DNA of 64,000 bases from Octopus sinensis (taxonomy: Eukaryota): contig NC_043003.1 of assembly GCF_006345805.1 (NCBI RefSeq), forward strand, positions 112,468,001-112,532,000. Direction: 5' to 3'. The notes under the pieces are model-generated. The model made no database searches. It was not told the DNA's origin and worked only from the letters and a program-made list of their open reading frames with translations. A program made the position numbers and the translations under genes. Shown here in pieces: positions 14,430 through 28,890 of this stretch (positions within the stretch are counted from its first letter, which is position 1; the number at the start of each line of letters is the position of its first letter).

Positions 14430-14607
14430 GTATTAAATCTTTATTAGGTTCAACATATGTTTTGACCCATCATTCTGGGTCTCATCAGGTACGTCAATAA
14501 AGATATGTCGCACTACATATTTTTAATTTGAGCTTTATTGATGTACCTAACGAGACCCAGAGACTGATGGATCGAAACATATGTAGTGCCCAATAAAGAT
14601 TTAATAC
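14430..14607. mobile_element. Fold-back mini-element with two inverted HHRs (14448-14492 -, 14543-14589 +)
   Basis: Consensus of the arms: GUAC CUGAUGA GACCCA..UGGGUC GAAA CAUAUG UA GUGC, followed by AAUAAA. Confidence 0.8.
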
Positions 14608-14956
14608 CAAAATCCTTTTCCTGTTATTACTATTATATATATGTGTATGTGTCTGTGTGTGTGTGTATGTGTGTTTCTTTCTATTAAAAAAATATATATA
14701 TTTATGTATATATGTATGTGTGTAAGGGTGGTTTTTTTGTCACCCCACCACGGCTTGAAAACCTGTGTTGTTTTATGTCTCCGTGAAAAACACCCCACAG
14801 AATAAGTACCAGACGTTAAACAAAAAAAAAAAAAGAAACGCGATGAGGTCGACTCGTTCGATTAAACCTTTTCAGATACTGTCCCAACATATCCGCAGTC
14901 TATTGATGGAAACAAGATAAGGATAAAATATGAATGAGGCAATGCAGACTCTTATA

Positions 14957-15155
14957 CAGGGTGTTCAAAAAGTCTCTCCGCATTAAGTATATTATTGCAA
15001 AAGATGGTATAAGACAAAATAACATATTAGACTTTATAAGAGGTGTTGAAAGTGTCGTCCTTCATTTTCAATACATAAAATTCAATTTCTTTCTTACTGT
15101 CGTGTGAGCACTTCCTGGGCTGAATTCACTGCAGAGAAACTTTTTGAACACCCTG
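14957..15155. mobile_element. Tc1/mariner-type MITE
   Basis: TIRs CAGGGTGTTCAAAAAGT / ACTTTTTGAACACCCTG; TA on the left, TG on the right. Confidence 0.8.
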
Positions 15156-15228
15156 TGAATCTCGTCTGAAGGTTCAATTCTGTAAGTTACATTGCGGAAC
15201 TGTTATTTTAACGGGTTTTGTCTATTCA

Positions 15229-15333
15229 TCACTCGATGAGATACATGTGCACCGCCGGATTCTCCTGGACTAGTTCTTGAGTATTCCACCCGTGGAGGAT
15301 TTGATGCTAGATGTATCGGAACAATTGCCGTGA
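15229..15333 (+). ncRNA. Decayed minimal HHR with long stem II
   Basis: UCAC UCGAUGA GAUACAU..AUGUAUC GGAA CAAUUG CC GUGA, then AAUAAA; all three stems pair but the core is mutated. Confidence 0.65.
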
Positions 15334-15450
15334 CTAATAAATAACCGTTTATTACTTCTTCCGTCTTTCATTTACCATATACATAACGATCACTGTGAAA
15401 GCGACCGCACTTTACCAGTAAGCTACGAGGTCTACACCATTCGCTTTATG

Positions 15451-15494
<44 letters not shown>

Positions 15495-15495
15495 C

Positions 15496-15725
15496 AAATC
15501 ATCATCATCATTGTTCGACCGAGGTCGAGACAATGGAATTTACCATGCTACGCCAGACTTCACGGCCCATCATAACATTACGGAGGTCCTGTTGCTGGAT
15601 GCCTGTAGCCCTGTAGATTACATCAGGGTTGGAAAGTGTGCCTTCTGGTATCGCGAGTAGATGGCTTCCAGAGGAGAAGAGTAGAAATGGTCTCGTTTTC
15701 AGTTCTACAACAATGTCCAGCAAAT
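15496..15725 (-). mobile_element. RTE-clade LINE 3' fragment
   Basis: FAGHCCR..LLLWKP..DLRNVMMGREVWR C-terminus followed by a (TGA)n tail. Confidence 0.75.
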
Positions 15726-16181
15726 ACATATATACAAATACATGCATACATACATAAAAAACACCGAGCTCCTTCCAGTATCCGTTCAACAAATCCATCG
15801 ACAGGACCCATAATAGAAGGCATTTGCCCAAAATCCCGCGCAGTAGAATTGTAGGTAAGATCATATGGCAGTGAAGCAATTTTCTCAACTCCATACCCAC
15901 TTCTACATTTCCATTCTATTAGACCGTGCCAAATGATATAGACTTTCTAAAAATAGTAATTTGGGGGAAAACGTTTTGGAGTTTGCATTCATGTGTATAG
16001 GGGTGTACGTGTGTGTGCATGTTGTGTGTGTGCGCGCGCACGCGTTTTCACACAAAATTGTTAGTGCGTTTTTCTTATGAATGTTCTTGCATAGTTCATG
16101 TCAGCTTTAATTAAACAGAGCCTATGTTCGAAATATTACAGTCGTGATCTCCTGAATTTTGCTTTCATCTATAATGTAATA

Positions 16182-16573
16182 TAGGAGTGGCTGTGTGGTA
16201 AGTAGCTTGCTAACCAACCACATGGTTCCGGGTTCAGTCCCACTGCGTGGCATCTTGGGCAAGTGTCTTCTGCTATAGCCCCGGGCCGACCAATGCCTTG
16301 TGAGTGGATTTGGTAGACGGAAACTGAAAGAAGCCTGTCGTATATATGTATATATATATGTATGTGTGTGTTTGTGTTTGTTCCCCTAGCATTGCTTGAC
16401 AACCGATGCTGGTGTGTTTACGTCCCCGTCGCCTAGTGGTTCGGCAAAAGAGACCGATAGAATAAGTACTGAGCTTACAAAGAATAAGTCCCGGGGTCGA
16501 GTTGCTCGATTAAAGGCGGTGCTCCAGCATGGCCGCAGTCAAATGACTGAAACAAGTAAAAGAGTGAAAGAGT
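16182..16573 (+). mobile_element. SINE family A
   Basis: High similarity to 4383-4792. Confidence 0.9.
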
Positions 16574-17680
16574 AAGGACTACGTCATACAATGGGTATTT
16601 CATTCTACAAGTGAAACGTATGTGATTTATTGGAAGTTTGACTGCTATTCTGGCCCTTCAATAGCGCACTTAAGGTTTCTTTCATTAGCTATGTGTCTGT
16701 GTGTATATGTGTCCCTGCGTGTGTGTGTATGTGTTCCGTATATGTTTGTGCGTGTCTGTGCGTATATGTCTTTCTCCGTGTGGGCGCGTGTGTATGTGTC
16801 CTGTATATGTTTGTGCCTGTGTGTGCGTGTGTATATTTCAATAACACCGCTCCCAAATCTCTAATTACTTTTCCTTTTACGTATTATTTACTATTAAAAG
16901 ATAAAACTCAGGTCTGTTTTCTTTTTTGTTTGTTTGTATTAAGCATCATTAAATTAAGTATATCGGCCCAATATGATAAGTTCGAACAATAATTACGTGT
17001 TATCACTCATGAACAAAGGAGATTTATGACTTAAGTTGTTTCCTCCATATTTCTGTTCCCTAATCTTCGATATCTCTGAGATGACTGAATTATCTGTCCT
17101 TGATTTCGATTATATTTCACGTAACATATCTTAATAGGTAGGCTGTTCCATTGAAGTGTTTCGACGTTCCGATAAGGACGGAATATTTGCAGAAACTGTG
17201 GAAGCATTTGTATGGCATAATGCTTGGTAGGACGTTAGTGAAATTCACAAAGACATTTTCCAAAGGATTTTCTACGCCTACTGGAGAATATCAAAAGAGA
17301 TTAATTAATTCAGAAGGCAGAATCATCATTTACTGGCCGAAAAATTAGCGAAGATATGTAATATGCAAGTAATACTCGTTTGTCAATGATGGAGATAGTT
17401 GTGTGTATCTGTGTGTGTGTGTTTGTGATTGTGTGTGTGTATGTGCGTGTGACTTTGTCTGTGCCTTTGGCCCCAGCACCTTTGGTGTGTATACGCCTGC
17501 GTAATTTATTGGTTTGGCAAGCGACCGATAGGATAAGTATAACGCTTAAAATAAAGTACGGGAATTGATTTGTCCGACTAAAATTCTTCCACATGCTGCC
17601 CCAGCATGGCTGCAGTCTAATGACTGAAACAATAAAAAGGTAAAAGATATATATATATACATACATATATCTACATATGC

Positions 17681-17715
<35 letters not shown>

Positions 17716-17740
17716 GAGAGAGAGATAGAGAAAGAGATAG

Positions 17741-17776
<36 letters not shown>

Positions 17777-17813
17777 GGATAGATAGATAGATAGATAGGT
17801 AGATAGATAGATT

Positions 17814-17877
<64 letters not shown>

Positions 17878-18388
17878 TGTTTCTTTATTAGCCACACAGG
17901 GCTGCACACAGACAGAACAAATTACAAGGCAGAGCTTTTCTTTTGGGGGTAAAAAAAGGGGGTTGGTTTTCGATCAAAAGGGATCGTAAAAGGAAAGAAA
18001 GAGGATAAAAAAAGGGGAGGATTTTAAAAAAAGGGGGGGGAGGAAAGGGGAGAGGAAAAAAAGTTGATCAATAGGGATCGTAATCACAGAAATGTCAATA
18101 TGAAGTGTAAAGGGGAGGACAGGTGAGGCTTACCCGTGGAAAGAAAAGCCTACGGAAAAGACCACGGTAACCTCGGTCAATGAAGTCACGTTATATTTCT
18201 TCCTTTTTTTTTTTTGCAAATAAGCAACTCTCTGTATTAATTTTTACGGTTCATAGAATCATAGTCAGGGTGGCTTCATCATTCATACGTGCCATCCTTG
18301 CTACATTCACCCATCTTTTTTTAAAACATTCTCTAGACAAAACTTGCCTCTCTACTCTCACTTTCCTCTTCAAGTGATACTTGAAGAA
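17878..18388 (-). mobile_element. 5'-truncated Tx1-like LINE (3' ~510 bp) in (GATA)n
   Basis: Matches 39041-39556 with the same 3' junction; (GATA)n on both sides. Confidence 0.9.
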
Positions 18389-18406
18389 ATAGATAGATAG
18401 ATTGAT

Positions 18407-18439
<33 letters not shown>

Positions 18440-18711
18440 ATTAGATATATAAACAGAGAGATAGACAGATAGACAGATAGATAGATAGAAAAGTATATAT
18501 GCATATATATATATATATATAGTAAGAGAGAGTGAGAGATAGCCGTCTTACCAATCTTTCTAGTCACCCATTTATTTATATCTAGCTATATTTATATATC
18601 AGTGTGTGTGTGCGTGTGTGTGTGTGCGTATGTCCGCATGTGCGTTCGCCTCTATATGTGTGTGTTTTCGTGATTTTCGAACGTAAATCCTCTCTCTCAT
18701 TCTCTCTCTTT

Positions 18712-18815
<104 letters not shown>

Positions 18816-19082
18816 CATAGCTACAAATTTTCACACACACGCTCACGTTCATTCCATGCAACACATATACACCCTATCTCGTATATTGGGATTCTGAAAT
18901 AATAAGCGATTTCGCATAAAGCACTAAGAATAATTAACTCTCATAATTAAATTCCCTAATTCAAATGTGTTATCTTTATTGAACGTGCTTAGACACAGTC
19001 AATCATTCTAATTGTTATCACAATCGATTCTTTAATGATTAATAAATGCGAGCATCAAATGTATGTTATTGTTTAGGTATAT

Positions 19083-19115
19083 ACTAGCATATTACCCGTC
19101 ATAGGACGGGTAATT
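19083..19115 (-). mobile_element. Helitron-type 3' terminus
   Basis: Reverse complement TTACCCGTC-CTAT-GACGGGTAA hairpin, then TATGCTAG|T; 5' end not located. Confidence 0.55.
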
Positions 19116-19419
19116 TGGAAAGTATACCTTTGTCACCAGGAGGAATATGAGAAAATACGGTATATATGCAATACTTGTAACCTAATTTTTCGAATTTTTT
19201 AGTGTGTGTACAAAATGAATACTAGACCTTAATAGTAATTTTCAAAAGAAAAATATGTATTGCCTTCACGTAAAAGTAAATAAAACGATATATTTTTGTA
19301 TAAATACTGACATTTACATTTACTCATTCTGCTCCCCTGTATCTATAATTCTTTCTCCCTCACTGTCAATAGGTTTTCTCATTGTCAGCTATGAAGCTTA
19401 ATGTGTGCACACATCTGAT

Positions 19420-19635
19420 TCTTTAACCCACAAGGGGCTAAACATAGAGGGGACAAACAAGGGCAGAGAAACGGATTAAGTTGATTACATCGCCCCCAGT
19501 GCGTAACTGGTACTTAATTTATCGACCCCGAAAGTATGAAAGGCAAAGTCGACCTCGGCGGAATTTGAACTCAGAACGTAACGGCAGGCGAAATACGGCT
19601 ACGCATTTCGCCCGGCGTGCTAACGTTTCTGCCTT
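19420..19635 (-). mobile_element. SINE family B
   Basis: Matches 54268-54498; B-box-like GAGTTCAAATTCC on the minus strand. Confidence 0.85.
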
Positions 19636-20212
19636 CAACTGCTTCTCTTCCTTTCTTTCATTTCTTCTTTCTTTCTCTCTCTTCCTCTTTCTCTTCTCTC
19701 TCTCCCTTTCTATATGATCTAAGGCGTGACAAGAACAAGAGGAATCAACCAAGTAACCAATCAAAAATGATATCGTCTATTACTGTATAAAGCTCCATGT
19801 AAGTATGTATGTAATTACGTATGTACGTAAGTTGATATCTGTATTTATATATATGCAAATACATATGTGTATGTGTGCCTGTTTGTGTTTCTGTGTGTGT
19901 GTGTGGTGTATGTGTGTGTGTATAGAAGGTTAAAAAGTAGCACACGAGTTGATATGTATAAGGAAAATAACACAAATTACAAAATGCTAAAATGAAGTTA
20001 TAATGAAACACATTTTACGGAGATTAGTACCAGTTTCAGTCTGTTCGACGTTTTCAACTAAGAGTAATACAAGAAAGACAATGAAATTGACGAAAAAATT
20101 TAAAGAAATGTTTTGTAAATACTTCCGTAGTCTTCAAATAAATAGGACATTTTTACCTTTCTCTGTCTCTCTTTCCCTGTGGGAAGCCTCGGGAGGTAGT
20201 AGAAGATCTGAA

Positions 20213-20900
20213 TAAATAATTCATTATTTACATTTGACGGATATTTGTCCTCATCTTGTTTGTTGTTAACACATCGTATCGGCTGTATACCCGCCAGCCT
20301 TCATCAAGTGTCATAGGGAAATTTTAAACCTAGGTTCTCACTTCGACACCATCATCCAGAACATGACTTTACTAAAAAGGGACCATAGAATGAATCAAAT
20401 CCTCCAAACGTACACCATCATAAAGAGCAAAAGACATCCCAAGTCAATGAGAAGTCTAACACAAGCCCAAGTACACTCGTCAGCAACAGCGAAACCAACA
20501 GTAAAAAGATGCGGAAGATCTAATTGTGGTATATGCGCCAACCTAATTCAGGGATCGGAGTTCTTCAAACAGAGTCAACGTTTTACAGTGAAAAGCAACA
20601 AAATTTGTGCTTCAGAAAAGCTAATATATGTGATAATTTGCTCAGGGTGTCGAGATCAATACATTGGTCAAACTAAAAACAGTCTACGCCAGAGGATGAC
20701 CGTACATAGATCTCAGATTAAAATATGCTAATACAGAAAACTAGCATTAAGTGAACACATTGACAATTGCATCACTAATTAACAACCCAAATTTAGAATT
20801 TTCCCCTCTATAAATTTTGGGATAATGCAACTTATAATCAGCGCATGAAACAAACAATTATATTTTATCGCAAAATATAAACCTCTTTTCAATATCCTAC
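20213..20900 (+). mobile_element. Penelope-like element 3' remnant (Neptune-like GIY-YIG) with upstream inverted HHR segment
   Basis: ORF 20363-20731 contains CGRSNCGIC..LIYVIICSGCRDQYIGQT..LRQRM.VH; HHR on - strand at 20268-20312 (GACAC UUGAUGA A GGCUG..CAGCC GAUA CG AU GUGUU). Confidence 0.85.
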
Positions 20901-21640
20901 CACAGTTGACACTGCTACAATAAACTTAGAATAACAACCACACAAATATTAAAAACGGTAGACATATTAAGAACAGTCGCTACCCATAAATTTATTTAAA
21001 ACAGTTCCTACCACTTATGCTACAACAACAGGTCACTTTTAAGTCACTTGACCATTAGGGCATATTCCTCAGACAGCCCTGCTACTGGGTCATACCACTC
21101 CCGTATTTTCCTTTTCTTTCCTTCTTTGTCTATTTCTTCTTCTTCTCCTTCTTTGCCGTCTCCTACCTCGTTTGCTGCTGCTGCTGCTTCTTAGACCATC
21201 GTACTTCAGAGACAAGCATTTTTCTGCACCCATAAACACTATTTCTTCAGATCTACTACTACCTACCAAACCTTACCAAAGTAAAAGAGAGAGACAGACA
21301 GACAGACAGACAGATAGAAAAAGGAAAATGTCCAACCTATTTGAAGACTATGGGAATATTTACAAAATATTTCATTTAATTTTTTTATCAATTTCATTGT
21401 TTTTCTTGTTTTCTTTGGTTTTTGTTTTTAATTGTTGTTCTGGCTGGTGTTCTTTCATCTCTCCAATATTGGCCAGATAAAAGAACAACAGCAACAACAT
21501 TGAAGAAAAAACAAAACAAATATTACCGAGTAATTTACTTTTAATTTTCATTAACTCTTCTTACAGTCGATTTCGAATCGTTTAACCTTTTATATCTTTC
21601 GACGTTACATTTATATATATATATATATATCTATATATAT

Positions 21641-21692
<52 letters not shown>

Positions 21693-21721
21693 ATATTATA
21701 TATATATATAATATATATATT

Positions 21722-21768
<47 letters not shown>

Positions 21769-24020
21769 CTATATATATTATATATATATATTTATGTATA
21801 TATATATATTTATATATATATTACACGAGTGAGTGTAGAAACGAGAGAAAGAGGCACTCAGCACATTTAGTAGGGTCTACATGCATACAAATACACACAT
21901 ACATATATATATGTATATAGGCGTCCGTGTATTTTCTTTATATAGAGTCACACACACACACACACATGCACACACAGATACACACACACACACACTCAGA
22001 GGCGCACATATATATATATTTGTATATCTGCGTGTATCGTTGAGTGTGTATGCGTGTATGTAAGTATATTTTGTGTGAGTTTCCATCATTTATATAGTTA
22101 AAGGTGTATTTCGTCTAATTCAAACTTTAATCATCTTTTATTTATGAAAGATTTTATAAAAATAGTAGTTAATTAGAATGTTGAATATTTCATATATTCA
22201 AAATGCGTGTTCCTTAAAACTATTTAATTCGCCCTCATGCAACATAGTTTCAAAGACTTGTCAGGGGAAACCAAATCGTGAGTCGCAGAAGGTCGAATAC
22301 GTGTGTGTGTGTGTGTGCGTGCGTGCGTGTGTGTGCATATATGTTCGTGTGTATGTATTTATTTATTGTGTGGCTATTTGACTGTATCTCTAAATTTGTA
22401 TGAGAATATGCGTGTGGGTGTCGTTTTATATTTTTTCTTAATATACGTATTAATTTTATTTACACTAAATATCTCCTTTCAAAACAGTAAAATGTAAGAA
22501 AAACAAAAAACTTTCCATAGACTTTTATTGCCCTTCTCTACAAACACCAAAACTTTCAAATTTATGCATCGTATCATGGTCATGCTTCTCAAGTGGAGAC
22601 AGCTATTATCCTTGGTATTAAACTAAGATCATGTTAGACAAGTATTAGAAACAAATTAATTGAAATTGATCAACCGGAAATACATAAACAAAAGTTCGAT
22701 GTTTAACTTTCATCCTAAGGCGCTTTCGCAGTAAAAATTCTTACAAAAACGTCGAGTAAATTCTTTGTTAATAGCTTATAAATTATTTGGTAGGCGTATA
22801 TCACAGCACAAGCGTTACTGTATTCTGAAAATTATAATGACATTTTTACCATTATTTTTTAAAACTACCGTTACGAACAGGAATCTCCCTTGTGAAATCA
22901 AAGGGGTTGTTAATGAGACAGAAAAAAAGAATAAACGGGCATGTAGTGATATTCATCATTCGATGAGGATGCAGTTGTCTATGAAATGACGTGTAAATGG
23001 ATGTACGTACCACGGGGTCGTGTACCCGTAATTTTCAAGCTGATAAAATGTCACTCAGTTTCTTACAAGTCTCTGCTTTTGAATAACGCGCATAAATAAC
23101 CTCATGTTCTTCTATACATTTTCACTCGACTCAAATTTACTCCTTGGATCGACTCAAGGTTATAGAATATGACATTTAACTACGATACTACGCCATGGGG
23201 CAAAGCCAGTGATCTTGTAACTTCAGAGTAAACTTCTAAACCATTTGACCATTATACACCTTTAAATAAATCGTTCCTCAACAAAATGAAGAAACGGAAG
23301 ATATATTGATTATGATTTACCTCGGGTTATAAGGTAAAAAAAACAATAACCACAGCAATAAAAACAACATTAACAACATGGTGGTGATGGTTAAACTTTG
23401 CCAATAATTCAGCCGCTAATCTACCGTTCCATCAATTACAGCCGGTCTTACTTCAACTGTAAATAACATTAATGTCTCGTTGCTATTATAATGAAAATCT
23501 TAATTGTTTTAATTTATTCTTATTTGCTTACACACACAAAAAAAAGTTCAATTTAATTTCCCTTTAGCTTGCGACAATGCAAAATAAACTGCTCGGGGGA
23601 TTATCTATAACAAATTTTTTTTTTTCGCATCGCATTCATTTAAAAGAACAAACTCACGCACGTACACACACACGCATTCACCCATGCTCACACACACACA
23701 CACACACACACATGCACATTTTCACACGCACATATACTCAGACACTAGCATACAATTCTATTAATACATACACTTGTATACACCCACGCGCATTGCGACA
23801 CATCTTTTCTCAATGTCTATGTAAACTAGAAATAGTTGGGTCGATATAACATTGATGCACCAACCGAAATGTCCTTAGTTCGTACGTAGTCAACCCACGG
23901 AAGTATAAATCTAATTAATTTGAATACTTACATTATAAATATCCTAACGAATCGTCATTGTGCTTTCTTTACTTTTGGACCATATATATGTATCACTGTG
24001 TGTGTGTGTATGTGTGTGTG

Positions 24021-24326
24021 TATAAACATTATTTCTAAATATCTCTAAGAGAAATATTCAGTAGCGGTACTTTCAAGTAAAGACCATTTGCCAACATAAA
24101 CAACAGCCCCGTTGTTTAGCCCCAGGAAATGTCGTCTCTCGCTGGCTATATGACACAACATTTGTAGACCGGTTTCAAGGTTATTGCATTTTGTCAACAC
24201 TGAGCAGCTGAGCCAGACGGCGCTGCTGAATTCCCGTTCCAAAATATATAACTTTCAAAGTTACATCACTGATCTAATAAATATAAACATTATTTCTAAA
24301 TCTCTCAAAGTGAGATATTCAGTAAC
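24021..24326 (-). mobile_element. HHR-bearing unit between ~45-bp direct repeats
   Basis: tataaacattatttctaaat.. at ~24021 and ~24282; reverse complement of 24163-24265 reads UGUA [decayed core] AAGUUAU..AUAACCUU GAAA CCGG UC UACA. Confidence 0.55.
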
Positions 24327-24401
24327 AGATCTTTGGCTAGTATTAATGTATGTGTGTGTGTGTTTGAATGTGTGTGTGTATACATATACACAAATGTTTA
24401 T

Positions 24402-24999
24402 GAGGGAGTACTCAAAAGTAACTGGAAACGTTCTCTGTGAGAAATAATAAATAATAATAAATAAGCCCGTTGTAGTCCAGTTCCGCCGGTAGAAGTCACT
24501 TGATGCGACCCTCAGTCATCAGTCTGCTGACCGGTGTCGTTGATTTGGGTCGTACTGCCACGTTGTGCATCTTTGTTTTGCAGTGCTTCTCCCCTGTTCG
24601 TCGACTTTTGCGATGACTGAAAGCGAGAAACAGTGTGCTTCCGTGAAATTCTATTTTCTGCTATGAAAGGGAACGACGGAAAGAGTTGACATGCTTCAAA
24701 AAGCTTACAAGAACGCTGCCATGAGCAAAACAAAAATTCAAGACGTTTTCAAGCTTTAGGAATGTTCACTCGTCGTTTGAAGACCAATCTTGTTCAGGGC
24801 GACTGTCGATCTCCGGACGAAGGAAAACATCAGGAAAATTCGTGAACTGATATTGGAGAACCGTCGCCAAACAATTGACGAAACTTGTTGATATGACTGG
24901 TGTGTCCTGGAGATCCTGCCAACGAATTTTCACCGGGAATTCCGAATGATAAAAAGTTGCAACAAAATTTGTGCCGCGCTTGCTCACGGAAGACCAAAA
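24402..24999 (+). mobile_element. Mariner 5' fragment
   Basis: TIR-like tgagggagtactcaaaagtaactgga; remnants EDQSCSGR, ENRRQTIDE and VATKFVPRLLTEDQ. Confidence 0.8.
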
Positions 25000-25224
25000 T
25001 GTATGTATGTATGTATGTATGTATGTATTATGTATGTATGTATGTATGTTGTATGTATGTACGTACCTATGTATGTAAGTATGTATAGTAAAACATTTGG
25101 ATCAGGAAAGACTACAAAAATGTAAATTGTGTCGGATCTGACATATAATCGAAATAGATTTTCATTCTGCTGTGAAAGTTTACTAATGATATTTTTGGTA
25201 GCAGTAATTCAAACATTATCAAGT

Positions 25225-25324
25225 NNNNNNNNNNNNNNNNNNNNNNNNNNNNNNNNNNNNNNNNNNNNNNNNNNNNNNNNNNNNNNNNNNNNNNNNNNNN
25301 NNNNNNNNNNNNNNNNNNNNNNNN
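25225..25324. other. Assembly gap (100 N)
   Basis: Run of N. Confidence 1.
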
Positions 25325-25617
25325 GTATGTGTATGTATGTATGCATATGTATGCGTGTGTGTATGTATGTGTGTATGTGTGTGTATGTGTGTATGCATGC
25401 GTGTGTGATGTATGTATGTGTGTATGGTGTGTGATGGTGTGTATGTATGTATGTGTGTGTGTATGTGTGTGTGTATGTATGTATGTACGTACGTATGTAT
25501 GTATGGTGTGTGTGTATGTATGTATGTATGTATGTACGTATGTGTGTATGTATGTATTTTTGCATGCGTTGTATGTGTGTATGTGCGTGTGTGTACATAT
25601 GTATGTTTATGTATGTT

Positions 25618-25663
<46 letters not shown>

Positions 25664-28502
25664 ATATAAGTTATTAAGGTTCTCATTTGATAAATGAATA
25701 AATAATTAAACATTCTAATATACGAATGTTGATGAACAAACTAAATTTTTTCCATTTTCTTATTTGTATTATATATATATTTATGTGTGTGTGTGTGTGT
25801 GTATGTGTGTGTTAGGTAGATAGAGAGAGATTTTCTCTTCCTCCAAAAGGAGCAACTGCTTCCGCTTACCACAAATACAGTAATCATAATATATAAAACA
25901 TGAAAGCAATACCGACTGATTTAATCGCTCTAGTTTCGCAAAACTCCATCAAACAAACAGGAATACAACTTCAGTACCAACTCTCCTTCAACAATGTTAT
26001 CTACAAGTATTTAGAAACCAATAGTCAATTAATTATATCGATTTTTTACCATTCATTTATAAGGTATATAATTTTATAGTTTAATTACAGTAAGATTTTA
26101 AACTTCTCCTCTGATCTAACATGAAACAAATAAATTTAACAAATACTATGAACTGCGAAAGCAGAACTAATTTGTTCTCATAAAAATTCAACAAAATATT
26201 CACATTTTATTGTTTTCTATTGCTTTTATTGCTATTGTTTGAGTTACTTATTTTGATTTTTTATTTGTATTTCTTTTTAATTGCCTCTTATGATGTGAAA
26301 AGAGGGGCAGAATTAACCTCCTATACAATCAATTTAGCAATACAAATTGTATTTATTTTCGGGTTAATAAATTTATTGACTCACAAAATTCATTCGATGT
26401 TAAATTTAAAAAATTATTATATCTGAGTTGCCTTTCTAATTGCTAAATCATTTAATGGGAAAGAGAGAGAAATGGGGATAGAAAGAGAGAGAAAGAGAGA
26501 GAGAGGGGGGAGAGATGAGGATAATAATGAGGGAGAGGAAAAGGTGGAGCAGCAGGAAGAAGCAAGCGCTAATGATTCTAACAATTGTGGTTGATATGGT
26601 GTTCGTTTTGTGAATAGAGGTTTTATTCTATTTTATACTTTAAAACAATTATTGTCTTCTGTAAAGAAAGCAAAAATACCGTTAAAATTTACAAATTCGA
26701 AATTTTGGCTGCTAAACAGAATATTGATATCAGATAACATTGAAATTTTAGGTTTGTATTTTAAGTGATATAAATTGATAACGGCCATTTTGGTTCTGAT
26801 TCGAAACAACTTTATAGGTGAATGGTCACACACACATATACGTGTATGTATGAACGTGGTTCGTGTGTGTGTGTGTACGTGTTTATTTGTGTGTGTATGT
26901 GTGTTTGTGTCTGTGTGTGTGTTGTGTGTGTGTGTGTGTGTGTGTATGTGTGTGGAGAGTGAGATTCGATTGATTTTTTTGGGGTGAGGTGTGGTGCTTT
27001 TTTACACTGTTTCGTTCTTACAGTTTTTACTCGTATCTTTTGTAGTTTTATTCTTTTTGACGATAGTGTCAATAGTACTAGCAATGATGATGATGTCGGT
27101 GATGATCATGATAACGGTAGAGGAAGAGAGTGTAACAGGCCAAAATGAGGAGGAGAATATTGTGGTGGATATAAAGGAGTTGATGGAAGAAGGAGTATAA
27201 AAAGATATTCAAAATTGATTGATGTTCTTGTTTGTTGATAAGGAATGAATTGGAATTAATCTACTGAACAATCAATTTGTTCTTTTGTTTTTCAATAAGG
27301 GCAGAAACAATTCTGTTTTTAGCATCTAATGAAATGTTAATTGTACTATTACTGCTGTCATCGACATTAATCGCTGTTAAATGGCACCAACGGGATAGAA
27401 ATTGGGCATCACTTGAGTAAACAAGTTCCAGCTCAGCTAAGTTTAAGTTCAATACCTAATGATTTTGAATTTCGTCTTGCTTTACTCGGTGGAAGATAAA
27501 ATCAGCATTTATACATGACATCCACTTGATGCAAACCAAAAAAAAAAAAAACTATTCCATATACGTTATTTCTTTCATTTTAGCCTATGTAAGAAATATC
27601 CAACTTGGCTTGAAAATGAGGCTTCCATGCATTTTCAATATCTGATTGCAAATCTTTCACTTTAAAAATTCCCATTATGTTGTGGGATTGTCTGAGATAA
27701 TAATCTCTTTACAAACTATTATATCAAAAAACATGACATATCAGAGCGTCTGTCGTTCTTATGATTCACTGCAGCAACTCACAAGAACACCTTATAATGT
27801 GTTTTTTAACACAACATATCTATGAAGATATTTTGGTATATAAGGAAACAGTGTTCAATCTTTGATTAGTTGTATGCCTTTTATAGCAAGCTTAATAAAT
27901 ACATTTTATCATTAGTTAATTAGCCTAGTGATTATTAAACAAGCTGAGTTGCCGTCTGATCAAATATAGTTGCCGGCATTATGTAGTGCGTTCGGCTATA
28001 ACATTTAGCTTCAGTAGCAAAGCCCCACTATTATTTGTTACATTACCCCAATGCGATAAACTGGTTTCCTATGGAGGATATGCTTGTTCTCCATCAACTC
28101 AAAACCATAGAAAGTGGAAATACACATCCAAGTTATCGATTCTTGTGATTGGAAGGTGTTAGGTTAGGTATGTAATGGTGCTCGTAGGCTCGTAAAGCTA
28201 CGTTTATTTCAAAAGTCCATTTCTAAATGAACAAAGCAAATTCAGATTATTTGTCTATAATTCCCTTTAAAGCTATCTGATTTGACAAATGTTTTCAAAC
28301 AAGTGAGCAGTTGAATATAAAGGTTTAAATATTTAGCTACACTTTTGAGGTTATGTATGCTCATAAAAGCAGGATCAAATGACATTAACCGTAATATAAT
28401 CTAATTTGATTTAGAGAATAATTGAATAAAACTTACAAGCTGACAAATTTGAAAGCCTTACTTCAAGTTGACTTTGTATGATTGATCGTTAGATTATACG
28501 AA

Positions 28503-28890
28503 ATGCGTGGAGGCACAATGGCCCAGTGGTTAAGGCAGTGGACTCGCGGTCATAGGATCGCGGTTTCGATTCCCAGACCGGGCGTTGTGAGTGTTTATTG
28601 AGCGAAAACACCAAAAACTCCACGAGGCTCCGCCAGGGGATGGTGGTGATCCCTGCTGTACTCTTTCACCACAACTTTCTCTCATTCTTACTTCCTGTTT
28701 CTGTTGTACCTGTATTTCAAAGGCCGGCCTTGTCACTCTCTGTGTCACCCTGAATATCCCCGAGAACTACGTTAAGGGTACACGTGTCTGTGGAGTGCTC
28801 AGCCACTTACACGTTAAAATTCACGAGCAGGCTGTTCCGTTGATTCGGATCAACCGGAACCCTCGTCGTCGTAACCGACGGAGTGCTTCT
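28503..28890 (+). mobile_element. tRNA-derived SINE, family C
   Basis: Head TGGCCCAGTGGTTAAGGC..GGTTTCGATTCCC; GC-rich body. Confidence 0.8.

Noticed and set aside
17090-17350. Possible Tc1/mariner C-terminal relic
   Set aside because: Only faint motif resemblance and no TIR
26000-28480. Repeat-poor stretch as possible host exon(s)
   Set aside because: No convincing ORF, domain motif or splice-bounded frame; small exons cannot be excluded without RNA-seq
28508-28580. Functional tRNA gene
   Set aside because: Cloverleaf incomplete and continuous with a SINE body
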